Assembly: GCA_964416155.1 (NCBI GenBank)
Contig: CAYQCW010000002.1
Span: 140,748 to 204,747, forward strand
Length of the DNA: 64,000 nucleotides
Source of the DNA: an uncultured Nitrososphaerota archaeon
Lineage (GTDB): Archaea > Thermoproteota > EX4484-205 > JAAOZP01
Reading direction: 5' to 3'
The notes beneath the pieces were generated by a model. It searched no databases. It saw only the letters and a program-made list of their open reading frames with translations, and was not told where the DNA came from. Below, in pieces: positions 27,174 through 36,258 of the stretch (position 1 is its first letter; each line of letters opens with the position of its first letter). The translations under genes were made by a program, and so were the position numbers.

Positions 27174-27887
27174 TTAAAGGTAACCTCTTTTCCTTGCCTC
27201 CTCGAGTATCGCCACTGTTGCAGAGGTCCCTATCCTCGTTGCACCAAGCTGTTTAAGCCTCAGCAGATCGTCAAGCGTACGGATTCGACCTGCCGCTTTT
27301 ATCTGGATCTCCGGGATGCATTCTCTACGCATCAGGATAATATCGCTGTCAACAGCACCCCTATACATGTATGTCCCGTCGGGTTGCTTTACGAAACCAT
27401 ATCCCGTGGATGTTTTAACGAATGCTACGCGATGCTTATTGCACACGTGGCACAATTTTATCTTAGAGTCATCCGCGAGATAATCGTTTTCAAAAATCAC
27501 TTTTACAATGGCGCCCCTTTCAACAGCATTATCGTTAACCGCTTTAATCTCCCTTGAAATATAATCCCAGTCTCCGCTTAAAACCTTCCCAATGTTTACG
27601 ACGAAATCTATTTCAGTAGCACCGTCTTCACAAGCCTTCTCAGTTTCCATCACCTTTATTTCAATAGTGCTGCTACCATGCGGGAAACCGACAACGGTGC
27701 AGACAGCCACGCTTGAGCCTGAAAGCATTTCTTTCGCAAGCCTAACCGCATAAGGCTTAATGCATACTGCAGCGACATTGTATTTTTTAGCCACCAGACA
27801 CCCAGCCTTAAGATCCTCATCTGTGAGAGTAGGGTGGAGGAGAGAGTGGTCAATCATCTTCGAAATGGATTCGAGCGACTTAACCAT
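27174..27887 (-). CDS. deoC: 2-deoxyribose-5-phosphate aldolase
   Basis: IDHSLLHP, CTVVGFPHG, EIDFVVN, KVIFEN, FVKTSTG, IKAAG, RIGTS. Start at ATG 27887 (track 27947). Confidence 0.95.
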   Translation of the reverse strand: MVKSLESISKMIDHSLLHPTLTDEDLKAGCLVAKKYNVAAVCIKPYAVRLAKEMLSGSSVAVCTVVGFPHGSSTIEIKVMETEKACEDGATEIDFVVNIGKVLSGDWDYISREIKAVNDNAVERGAIVKVIFENDYLADDSKIKLCHVCNKHRVAFVKTSTGYGFVKQPDGTYMYRGAVDSDIILMRRECIPEIQIKAAGRIRTLDDLLRLKQLGATRIGTSATVAILEEARKRGYL

Positions 27888-28034
27888 CGCGTAACGTTTG
27901 AATGATGTTTGAGGGATATAAGCATAGCGTACGCTGCCCGCAAACACACTTTCAACTCATGGAATTTGAAATAAGCTCACGTAATGTGATTACTGTGCTG
28001 GAATACGGGTTGTAAGCTTGAAACGCGAGCCGGC

Positions 28035-28071
28035 TTTAAATAATCACCCTCCCTTGGCGTAATTGGAGGTG
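28035..28071 (+). promoter_or_regulatory. TATA box and Shine-Dalgarno for the small ORF at 28080
   Basis: TTTAAATA at 28035-28042; GGAGGTG at 28065-28071, 8 nt before ATG. Confidence 0.55.
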
Positions 28072-28079
28072 GAAGAAAG

Positions 28080-28196
28080 ATGGTTTGGAAGAAAAGGAAC
28101 GGGGGGAAGAAGATTGACTGGGAGGAGGTCGTGCAGGATCTTCGCGCAGACCTTCCCGCTAGAGAGTACCGTTACGTAAGGCTCTTCTTCAAGTAA
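28080..28196 (+). CDS. Small protein (38 aa), unannotated
   Basis: MVWKKRNGGKKIDWEEVVQDLRADLPAREYRYVRLFFK; own TATA, strong SD and downstream T-tract (CTTATTTTTTCT, ~28214-28225). Too short for the ORF track. Confidence 0.65.
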   Translation: MVWKKRNGGKKIDWEEVVQDLRADLPAREYRYVRLFFK

Positions 28197-28353
28197 ACCC
28201 TGTTCTTAACCAACTTATTTTTTCTAAACGGTTTCCAATTTTTCAAAAAATATTTATTGAGATAAAAGATACTTGTGATGCACGCCTTGAAGCCGAGTCT
28301 ATTTTCAAGGACTTCTTTAAACTTATAAGAGACTTAGAATAGCCAATTTCCAG

Positions 28354-31300
28354 ATGGTTAAACGACAACTCCTAACAACTCTTTTCAGTCTTTTACTCGT
28401 TGTCATTATATTTATTTCTGGAAGACCTCTTTCAGCCCAACTAAGCTACGTGAATTACACGGTTGTTCTAAACGCCGGGGTGTTTTTCGACGAAGCTCCG
28501 CAAAAACCTGTTAATTTTACAATGTGGATAGGGTTATTTCGTTTTTCATGGGGCACGAATCAATCAGGCAGTATAATTCAACAACAGGAAACAAGTTTGG
28601 ATTCACGCATACAACAGTATCAGCGTTATCTGATTAATACCATCCGACTATATACTGATTCTTGTCTCCAGTTAAACAGGTTAGCGGTTTTGACCGATTA
28701 CTATGGGGCGGTCCGGAATTGGAACGTAAGGTTTGACGGCAAGAACTACATTTATTATATTGATCAGCTTGGCTTGAGCAGCACGTATAGAGTCGAATCC
28801 GATGTCGATTCCACATTATGGTACAGAGTGAATAACACTGGTAGAATAATCAATATCAGCCTAGTGCTGAGGGCCAGCTCAGCAAAGCTTTATATTGTTG
28901 ACGTGTCTCCTTTTCAAAGGCTTAACGCTAGAATCATATTCGACGAGCATGCAGGGACACACATAGGTTATTTTGGGAATGGAAGCTGCTTTCTAATAGC
29001 ACGCGGTAACATGGGTAGCTTAAAGCTTTCAGGCAGATACTTAGTTGAGCTTCATACGCTTGAATCCACTCCGACACAGCTAGCCTTCCCGTTTGAAATG
29101 AATTTGAACTTAGGAAAGGAAAACCTTATAATTGGCCCAGAAATCTACAGAGCACTTCTCAACTCGACCGACAGCCTGATTAAAGCTGCCGGCGAGTTTC
29201 TGAGTGAAACAAGTATTTATGCTTCAGACATATATGCAAAGCTTCAACAGGCAAGTTCATACTTAACCGATATTCAACCAGTAAGCCTAGAGGAATTTGG
29301 GGAATTGAATCTTTTCCCGCTTGAAGGAGCTATTAATCTCGTATGCGAAGCCAGCAGCAGCATCGGCATGTTGGTCTTGTCATCCGGAATGCTTATTGCC
29401 CCGATCGTGCTGATAATTATTTTGATAGCGGGGGCAGTTGTCTCGCACCTAATATTTAACGGAAGCAGGAAACTGACGATCATTCTCTTCATCCTCTTCT
29501 CGCTATTGGCTTTCGAATTCCATCCTGGTTTAAGGCTAATACTCTTCTCAACGAGGCCGAAGGCGTTGATTAACCTCTGGTCCCTATCGAACTTCACATT
29601 CGGGATACCGTTCATGCTGCTTCCAGTTGCTTCAGCCATCATAAGCCTAATCCTTCTATTTTTGACGGTACGGCTGATGTTCAAGTACTCTGGAACAGCC
29701 ACGATCTACAGCCTAGCTGCGTCAACCGCGGTTAGAATGCTTAAAAGCAGAAGGCTTCGAGGCGCCTTAGTAATACTCACCGTCACCACTATAGCGATGG
29801 TAACTGTTCCCGCAATAACTCTGAAAACAACAGTGCCGCTCGTCACGTCGCTTCAAGAGGCTCGAGGCGGCGGAGGAACCATTCTTTTCTCAAAAAACTG
29901 GCTGGCAAAAGTAGTAATATCAAGCCCCGCAGGCACCTTTGAAGAAAAGTATAACGGGCTCTTTTTAATGAGCCTTGAAGAAGCTGCTTTCTACGCAGGG
30001 AAACTTGGGATGACGGAATACACGCCGATCTGCATAGCTTTCTGCGAATCCAAGTTTTTGCAAAAAGAATCTTTCCCAAGCCAGTTAAACCTTACTGGGC
30101 CGGGAGGAATAAACATCACCATCCCAGTGGAATCGGATAGCCAAGAGCCAGGAGGCTTAATAATATTTGTAAACCTCACCTTCATGAAGAGTCATTTAGG
30201 ATTAAACTTTTCAGGAGATTTTAAAAACGGTATTCTAATCGACAAGGAGTTTTTTCAAAGACAATATTTCCCAGGCCAGTTAAACGTGATGGGTTTAAAC
30301 TTGAATGTAACAGGAGTGTTCGACAAATCTACTCTACGAACGTCAAGCGGAGAAACATTGGAGAGCTATCTTAGAAGTAGACCGATCTTCATAGGAACCA
30401 TTAACTGGGATGCTTTACAAATCCCGTCTAGGTTGATAATGGATAATCTTTTGACAGAGGGTAATAGAATGCTCATAATATCGAGTCCAGTGATTGGATT
30501 GGTAGATATCGAGGCTGTGAGAAACATCCCTGCTTTTAAACGAGTCGTAGCCTTGATCGGGACTTATCCTGTCGCTAACTTGGTTGCAATAGCGAACTAT
30601 TTAAAGACCTTGGTCTCGTCTCATAAAATCTGGCTCAGCCGCGCCATAACCACTGGCGGAGTAGGGATCTCCATCGACGTCGTCTCCTCTTATTCAGCAA
30701 CCATAAATAAGGGCTCGCAGCTTGAAACCATTCAGCTTGGAGCACCGCTCCTAATGGCTTTAGGCAGCTGGGAGTCTGTTCTTATGATGATACTGATAGG
30801 TTCTCTCATAATTCTAAACGCGATGTTAAACTCGATATACGAGCGGAGGAAGGAGTCAGTGATAATGTCTAGCTTGGGTGCATCCCCAAGCTTCATAACC
30901 TACTTGTTTTTGACAGAGGGCTTGATAATAGGGGTGATGGGGGGCTGCTTAGGGTATGTTCTGGGCTATGCTTGGGCATATTCAATAGGTGCTAGCAGCC
31001 CGGAAATATTTACGGAGCTCTACAGTCTAACACCACTGCTCCTAGTTTTCATAATTGCCGTTCTGGTTACAGGCATTGGCTCAGCTTTCCCAGCGAAGGA
31101 AGCTATTCTTAAAATAGTCCCGAGCAAAATCATGCTTATCCGAGGGGAAATTGCCATTAAAACCGAGAAGGATGGTTCTAAAAGAGCGTCAACGCCTATT
31201 CGGCTAAAGAAGGAGCATTTGGAGCAGTTCTCCTCGCTCATCATAGATATGGCGCAATCCCATTCCTACTCTCTCTACGGCATTATAATCCACTCGTATG

Positions 31301-31575
31301 AAAAAGAGGAGGACGGGGTGAAATTGAACTTAAGCTACAGAGCTATTTCCGGCCTTTCTGAAAGGATAGCCGACTACGATGTGGAGGTCAAATATGTTCC
31401 TGATAGAAGCTTCTACAATGTTGAGTTGATTGTTAAGAATATTGAGAGAAGCTCGTACGCCTATATAGAGCATAAAGCGTTAATGAAGACGATGCTCTAC
31501 GAGCTACGCGACGAACTTTTGAAGATCACTGTTTCAGAGCAGTGGACGTCCAGCAGGAAGGAGAGGCAAGTATAA
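28354..31575 (+). CDS. FtsX/MacB-type permease (1073 aa), paralogue of 11255-15811 lacking the M28-like domain
   Basis: Signal peptide; TM bundle; MLKSRRLRGALVIL; FtsX core NSIYERRKESVIMSSLGASP..FLTEGLIIG; soluble C-terminal tail. Confidence 0.85.
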   Translation: MVKRQLLTTLFSLLLVVIIFISGRPLSAQLSYVNYTVVLNAGVFFDEAPQKPVNFTMWIGLFRFSWGTNQSGSIIQQQETSLDSRIQQYQRYLINTIRLYTDSCLQLNRLAVLTDYYGAVRNWNVRFDGKNYIYYIDQLGLSSTYRVESDVDSTLWYRVNNTGRIINISLVLRASSAKLYIVDVSPFQRLNARIIFDEHAGTHIGYFGNGSCFLIARGNMGSLKLSGRYLVELHTLESTPTQLAFPFEMNLNLGKENLIIGPEIYRALLNSTDSLIKAAGEFLSETSIYASDIYAKLQQASSYLTDIQPVSLEEFGELNLFPLEGAINLVCEASSSIGMLVLSSGMLIAPIVLIIILIAGAVVSHLIFNGSRKLTIILFILFSLLAFEFHPGLRLILFSTRPKALINLWSLSNFTFGIPFMLLPVASAIISLILLFLTVRLMFKYSGTATIYSLAASTAVRMLKSRRLRGALVILTVTTIAMVTVPAITLKTTVPLVTSLQEARGGGGTILFSKNWLAKVVISSPAGTFEEKYNGLFLMSLEEAAFYAGKLGMTEYTPICIAFCESKFLQKESFPSQLNLTGPGGINITIPVESDSQEPGGLIIFVNLTFMKSHLGLNFSGDFKNGILIDKEFFQRQYFPGQLNVMGLNLNVTGVFDKSTLRTSSGETLESYLRSRPIFIGTINWDALQIPSRLIMDNLLTEGNRMLIISSPVIGLVDIEAVRNIPAFKRVVALIGTYPVANLVAIANYLKTLVSSHKIWLSRAITTGGVGISIDVVSSYSATINKGSQLETIQLGAPLLMALGSWESVLMMILIGSLIILNAMLNSIYERRKESVIMSSLGASPSFITYLFLTEGLIIGVMGGCLGYVLGYAWAYSIGASSPEIFTELYSLTPLLLVFIIAVLVTGIGSAFPAKEAILKIVPSKIMLIRGEIAIKTEKDGSKRASTPIRLKKEHLEQFSSLIIDMAQSHSYSLYGIIIHSYEKEEDGVKLNLSYRAISGLSERIADYDVEVKYVPDRSFYNVELIVKNIERSSYAYIEHKALMKTMLYELRDELLKITVSEQWTSSRKERQV

Positions 31576-31607
31576 AATTTTTAAGCGAAGGCGTCGACCA
31601 ATTATTG

Positions 31608-31940
31608 ATGACTAAACCTGGTATCCAACTGTTTCCCGAGATCGTTGCAACGGCTGTGAGGACTAGATAGGCCGAAATGCATAGAGTTCTGCCCCTACAA
31701 TGTTTCCACACGGCAGATAATAAGCGATGGTTGCAAACCCATAGAACTGTGTTGAGGGCTGCGTAGCCTGCATGCCGCTCTGCCCAAGAAGGCAATGGAA
31801 TTTCCAAAAACACCAAGTTTTCAGAAAAACGGAGATGCCTTGGTCAAAGGATTTGAAGAAAATAGTATGCAAGAAATGCGACAAGAGTTTCTGGACTAAC
31901 GAGGACAGAGTTCTGCTGGGAATGCAGCAGCTCAAAATAG
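31608..31940 (+). pseudogene. Frameshifted 2x[4Fe-4S] ferredoxin with C-terminal zinc-ribbon
   Basis: Fragments across frames: MTK / WYPTVSRDRCNGCE / GLDRPKCIEFCPYNV / MVANP*NCVEGCVACMPLCPR / CKKCDKSFWTNE / TEFCWECSSSK*. Several frameshifts and an in-frame TAG. Confidence 0.75.
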
Positions 31941-32013
31941 TCTCATGTAAGTCGGTCAGGGAAAAACAATGACTTACCCTAAAAACAGGCATATTCATTA
32001 TGAACAGTGAAAA

Positions 32014-32952
32014 TCACATTTTAGAGAGCAGTACTACTCCACTCGGCTCAAACTCCCCCTTTTTTAAGTATCCTGACAACCCGGCTATTTTCTCAGAGAA
32101 AGAAACTACGTCGCTCATCCATGGCATCGCATCCTTAGGGAGCCTCGACTGGCTTTCCCCAACCCACTCGTAAGCCTTAACTTCAACATAATCAGGGCTC
32201 GCGACGCTTATCAGCCTAGCGTAACCCTCTGCATCACTATCGTTAACACCCTTAACCATTGTTATCCGGAGCACACGCTTAACACCTTTTAAGCCGGGTA
32301 GCAACTCTAGCGTCCTTAACAACCTCTGCCAAGCATTCTTAACCAATGGTCTCGCAACCATTTTGAAAACCGTCTCGTCAGGAGCTTGGATGCTGACGTA
32401 AAGCTGGTCTGGAAGCGGGTTTAAGCTTTCTAAAACCTCTGGCATGCTGCCGTTAGACACAAGATAGGCCGCCATGCCCCTTTTACGGGCCTCGACTATC
32501 AGCTCCCCCAGCCTAGGGTACAGTGTCGGCTCACCCGTCAGGCTGAAAGTCACCATGGATGGTTTAAGAGCCTCTTCGAAGAGCTTAGGATCGACCATTG
32601 GGTTCGCCTTATAGCCTATGAGTAGGAGCCTCCTCATCCTAACAGCTTCCTCAACTATATGAGCCGGCTCATCCAGCTCAGAAACACTCGCAGGATACTC
32701 CTGCCAAACATACCCGGGTCTGTCCCCGGAGTGAATCCTCCAACAGTAGGTACACCTGTAGTTACAGCCCATGAAGGGAGTCATCTGCATACACCTGTGG
32801 CTCTGAACATTACCGTACCAGAGCTCCTTGTAGCAGGCTCTCCCCCGCGTTAGCCTCTGTCTGGTCCAATAGCATACTTTAACAGCAGAGTGTCTGCCAA
32901 CTATCCTGTATTGCTGTTTCTCCAGCAGACCCTTAACGTTTAAAGGAAGCAT
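32014..32952 (-). CDS. taw1: 4-demethylwyosine synthase Taw1/TYW1 (radical SAM)
   Basis: HSAVKVCYWT, CYK, SHRCMQMTP, CNYRCTYCWR, SLTGEPTLYP, YVEVKAY. Start at ATG 32952 (track 33045). Confidence 0.93.
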   Translation of the reverse strand: MLPLNVKGLLEKQQYRIVGRHSAVKVCYWTRQRLTRGRACYKELWYGNVQSHRCMQMTPFMGCNYRCTYCWRIHSGDRPGYVWQEYPASVSELDEPAHIVEEAVRMRRLLLIGYKANPMVDPKLFEEALKPSMVTFSLTGEPTLYPRLGELIVEARKRGMAAYLVSNGSMPEVLESLNPLPDQLYVSIQAPDETVFKMVARPLVKNAWQRLLRTLELLPGLKGVKRVLRITMVKGVNDSDAEGYARLISVASPDYVEVKAYEWVGESQSRLPKDAMPWMSDVVSFSEKIAGLSGYLKKGEFEPSGVVLLSKM

Positions 32953-33182
32953 CCGTAGAGGTTTAACATAAACCGTTAAAAAACTTACTGAAGCAAAATC
33001 CCACGGGGGAAACCTTAAGACGTGTTTCCTGAGCTGGAGGCACAATGTGAAGATTTAACACGCGCATCGTAGCGAGCCTTAGCCTTAACTCGTAATGAGC
33101 CGTACTGACCGCTGACAAAAACGCTTTCAAAGAGTTTTATGCCCATAGTTGAAATCATAGTGAATCGTATTTAAGGCATGAG

Positions 33183-33824
33183 TCACGCGACGCTTAATAT
33201 TATTGAAGCAGCCTCATTAAGGCTTTTTACAGTGAACTCTGCTTCCTCACACTGGGCACCCATCCTTGAAACAAGTATGAACCTCATTCCGGCTTTCTTA
33301 GCAGACTCGCAGTCGAAACAAGTATCTCCAACCGCGAAACACTCGTCAGGCTTGACTCCCAAGAGCCCCGCTGCTTTCAGGAAAATGTCTGGAGCCGGTT
33401 TTCTTCTCGCAACAGTGTCTGAGCCGACGAGCACGTCCACCATTTTCAAAACGCTTAGGAGGGAGAGGTATTTCTTAAGCCTCCTCGTAGTCTGGGAGCT
33501 TGCAACCGCTATCTTAAGCCCCCTGCTCCTAAGCGTGCTTAAAGACGGTTCAACGTCTTCGAAAAGCCTTATCCTATCTATGTATTCAGAGTCATATATC
33601 TCGTCTTTAAGCCTCCTCAGCTCCGCAGCCTTAGCCTCATCCCCCCCGGCTATTTTAAGAGAGATCTCCGGCCCTGCGAGCCCAACATACCTCGCGACAT
33701 CCTTAGGGTCGATCCTTATCTTCATAAGGCTTGCCGCCTTAGACCATGCTTCAGAGAGAAGGCCCACGGTGTCTACAATCGTGCCGTCAAAATCGAATAT
33801 GACAGCCTTGACTGTCGTTTTCAA
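33183..33824 (-). CDS. HAD-superfamily phosphatase
   Basis: IFDFDGTIVDT, KPAPDIF, VGDT..D. Confidence 0.92.
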   Translation of the reverse strand: MKTTVKAVIFDFDGTIVDTVGLLSEAWSKAASLMKIRIDPKDVARYVGLAGPEISLKIAGGDEAKAAELRRLKDEIYDSEYIDRIRLFEDVEPSLSTLRSRGLKIAVASSQTTRRLKKYLSLLSVLKMVDVLVGSDTVARRKPAPDIFLKAAGLLGVKPDECFAVGDTCFDCESAKKAGMRFILVSRMGAQCEEAEFTVKSLNEAASIILSVA

Positions 33825-33859
33825 GACTGCTTAGGTCGATTGAACGTTAGCGCATGCTG

Positions 33860-34948
33860 CTACCATTCCGTTAATTTCCCGACGGTCTCAGCATCGAGCC
33901 TCTTAATCATCTCTAAGACAAGCCTGACAGCATTTCTCACGTCGCTGAGGCTCATTATTGATGCTGCTGAATGAATGTGTCTCGTCGGAACACCTATGAC
34001 CAGGCTGGGGCAGCCGACCTTATGAATGTGAATCCTCCCCGCATCCGTACCGCCCCTAGCCACTAGCGAGAGCTGATACGGAATATTGTTTTCCTCGGCA
34101 ACTCTTATCGCTAGGTTTTTCAACGATTGGTTTGGAATCATAGATGCATCCATCGCTATTATAGACGGCCCCTTCCCGATTTTCGTCTGAGCCTGCCCAG
34201 CAGGTATTCCTGGAACATCGCCAGCAATATCTACTTCAAGCACGATGGCCACGTCGGGATCCACTAGGCTTGCGATCGTCGTCGCCCCCCTAAGGCCAAC
34301 CTCCTCCATGACTGTGGCTGCACCATACACAGTGTTAGGATGTTGAACTCCCTCTGCTCTCAGCCTTCTCACAACCTCCATGGCTATTGCTGCCCCAACC
34401 CTGTCGTCGAAAGCCTTGCCCATCGCAACCTCGCCATTCTTCATAAGAGAGAAGCTCGAGCAGGGCACAACCGGGTCTCCTATTCTAACACCCATGTTTT
34501 TAGCCTCGTCGGCTGAGGAAGCACCTATATCGATTGACATGTTGTCCTTCGTTATCACCTTGTTGGCCTCCTCTGGAGGTATTAGGTGTGGAGGCTTCGC
34601 AGCTATAACCCCGTTTAAATCACCCTTCTGAGTCCTAACTATGACTCTGGTTGATAGTAGAACCTGGTCGAACCATCCTCCGAGGGGTGCGAAAGACAGG
34701 AAGCCCTGGTCGTTTATGCCTGAGACAACGAAGCCAACCTCGTCAACATGGCCGGCGAGAAGGACGCGCGGCCTCTCCGAACCGCCTTTTTTGACGAACG
34801 CCAGCGAGCCCAGCTTGTCGGACATTATCTCGTCAGCATAAGCCTGCATGTAGCTCTTCGCCTTTGACAGAACCTCTTTCTCGTATCCAGCGGGCCCGAA
34901 GGAGTTTGTCAGGTCCTCCAGCACTTTAACCATCCATTCTCCGGACAA
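33860..34948 (-). CDS. M42 (TET-type) aminopeptidase
   Basis: LAGHVDEVG, GKAFDDRVG, MEEVGLRGA, GGTDAG, RHIHS. Likely start TTG 34948 (track 35002). Confidence 0.95.
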   Translation of the reverse strand: MSGEWMVKVLEDLTNSFGPAGYEKEVLSKAKSYMQAYADEIMSDKLGSLAFVKKGGSERPRVLLAGHVDEVGFVVSGINDQGFLSFAPLGGWFDQVLLSTRVIVRTQKGDLNGVIAAKPPHLIPPEEANKVITKDNMSIDIGASSADEAKNMGVRIGDPVVPCSSFSLMKNGEVAMGKAFDDRVGAAIAMEVVRRLRAEGVQHPNTVYGAATVMEEVGLRGATTIASLVDPDVAIVLEVDIAGDVPGIPAGQAQTKIGKGPSIIAMDASMIPNQSLKNLAIRVAEENNIPYQLSLVARGGTDAGRIHIHKVGCPSLVIGVPTRHIHSAASIMSLSDVRNAVRLVLEMIKRLDAETVGKLTEW

Positions 34949-35104
34949 TGCTGAAAGCTTTTGACGAGGGTTAAATAAAAGCTTTGACCCCTGTGCCTGC
35001 AAACATCTCTTAACCCAGAGTTTCCCAATCCTATTCGCCCGAAATCTTGAGGGAAAAATTAATATCTTCCCAGAAGCAGGTTTAAAAAACGGAGGTGTCT
35101 AAGA

Positions 35105-35692
35105 ATGTCTGAAGACTGGTTTGAAGACTGGTTTGAAAAGCTTGAGAAGGATTTGAGGAAAATGATGCGGAGAGCCTTCAGCGCATCGCCCTTCGAGGAG
35201 GATTTCTTCGACCTTTTCAAAGGCCTTGAGGAGAAGTTTCCGAATGACCTGGTTAGGGAGGAGAAGCTTCCGGATGGCAGCGTTAGAAAGGAGTACGGCC
35301 CCTTCATATATGGTTACTCCGTTAGAATAGGGCCCGACGGTAAGCCTGTCGTAAGGGAGTTTGGAAACGTTAAGCGTAAAGTTTCCCCCGTTAAACCGCT
35401 TGAAGTTAAGGAGGCTGCTGAGCCCCTGATAGACGTTATCACCGAGGAGGACAAGATTAAAGTCATTGCTGAAGTACCCGGCGTGGATAAGCAGGACATT
35501 AAGCTGAACGTGGTTGGCAAGACCCTTTCAATACGAGCGGAGTCTGAGAAAAGAAAGTACAGCAAGGATGTTGAGCTGCCTGAGGAAGTTGACCCCAAGA
35601 CGGCTAAGGCCAGCTATAAGAACGGTATTCTCGAGGTAACTCTGAACAGGATCAGGAAGGAGAAGAAGGGCGAGGAAATACCGGTAGAGTAG
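35105..35692 (+). CDS. hsp20: Small heat-shock protein Hsp20 (archaeal)
   Basis: GPFIYGYSVRIGPDGKPVVREFGN, AEVPGV, ASYKNGILEV; SD GGAGGTG. Confidence 0.95.
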   Translation: MSEDWFEDWFEKLEKDLRKMMRRAFSASPFEEDFFDLFKGLEEKFPNDLVREEKLPDGSVRKEYGPFIYGYSVRIGPDGKPVVREFGNVKRKVSPVKPLEVKEAAEPLIDVITEEDKIKVIAEVPGVDKQDIKLNVVGKTLSIRAESEKRKYSKDVELPEEVDPKTAKASYKNGILEVTLNRIRKEKKGEEIPVE

Positions 35693-35702
35693 CACGCACT
35701 CT

Positions 35703-35975
35703 ATGAGTCCACCGCTGACCCTGGCCGCTATGCTCCTAATCCTAGCGGGCTTCCTACTGGTTTTTATAGCTGTTCTTATGGAGTTTCTGCGTTCTCTCAG
35801 GCAGAAAGACACCGAGGTTGAGAAACGTGGAGGAGCAGTGGTGATGATAGGGCCAATCCCCATAGTCCTTGCTTCAGACCCTAAGACAGCCAGGATGCTG
35901 CTTGTGCTTGCGATCATACTCACCCTGATTTTGATCTTTTTAATGGTCTTCTTACGGCTGAGAAGTCTTGAATAG
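35703..35975 (+). CDS. DUF131 (TIGR00304-type) membrane protein
   Basis: GGAVVMIGPIPIV between two TM helices. Confidence 0.88.
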   Translation: MSPPLTLAAMLLILAGFLLVFIAVLMEFLRSLRQKDTEVEKRGGAVVMIGPIPIVLASDPKTARMLLVLAIILTLILIFLMVFLRLRSLE

Positions 35976-36231
35976 TTTCGGAAAACTACTGTTAACAGGC
36001 TTCCTCCTGATAATGATCGGATTCGTAGCGCTTTTCCTAGCCTCACTGTCCTCGGCTGAAGCCAAGGGTGGGGGGGCCTTCGTAATCTTCATAGGCCCTT
36101 TCCCACTGGCATTCGGCTTCGGAGAATACTCTTCAATACTCATACTCATTAGCGTCATTATCGCTGCGGTGATGATAGTGATCATGCTGACCATCTTTAA
36201 ACGCGCTTGGAAACAGCCGGATAACTCTTAG
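35968..36231 (+). CDS. DUF131-like membrane protein (tandem paralogue)
   Basis: GGAFVIFIGPFPLAFG between two TM helices. Confidence 0.85.
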   Translation: MNSFGKLLLTGFLLIMIGFVALFLASLSSAEAKGGGAFVIFIGPFPLAFGFGEYSSILILISVIIAAVMIVIMLTIFKRAWKQPDNS

Positions 36232-36258
36232 GTTTGAGAAAAACAGCAGGTTTTCCAG

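Noticed and set aside
27978-27997. Imperfect palindrome CACGTAATGTGATTACTGTG between deoC and the small ORF
   Set aside because: Single, imperfect occurrence; cannot be separated from background.
33045-33120. Possible C/D-box sRNA (TGAAGA ... CTGA ... CTGA)
   Set aside because: Box C is non-canonical, the box spacing does not fit a C-D'-C'-D layout, and no guide target could be identified.
33178-33834. 218-aa plus-strand ORF
   Set aside because: Antisense shadow of the HAD phosphatase.
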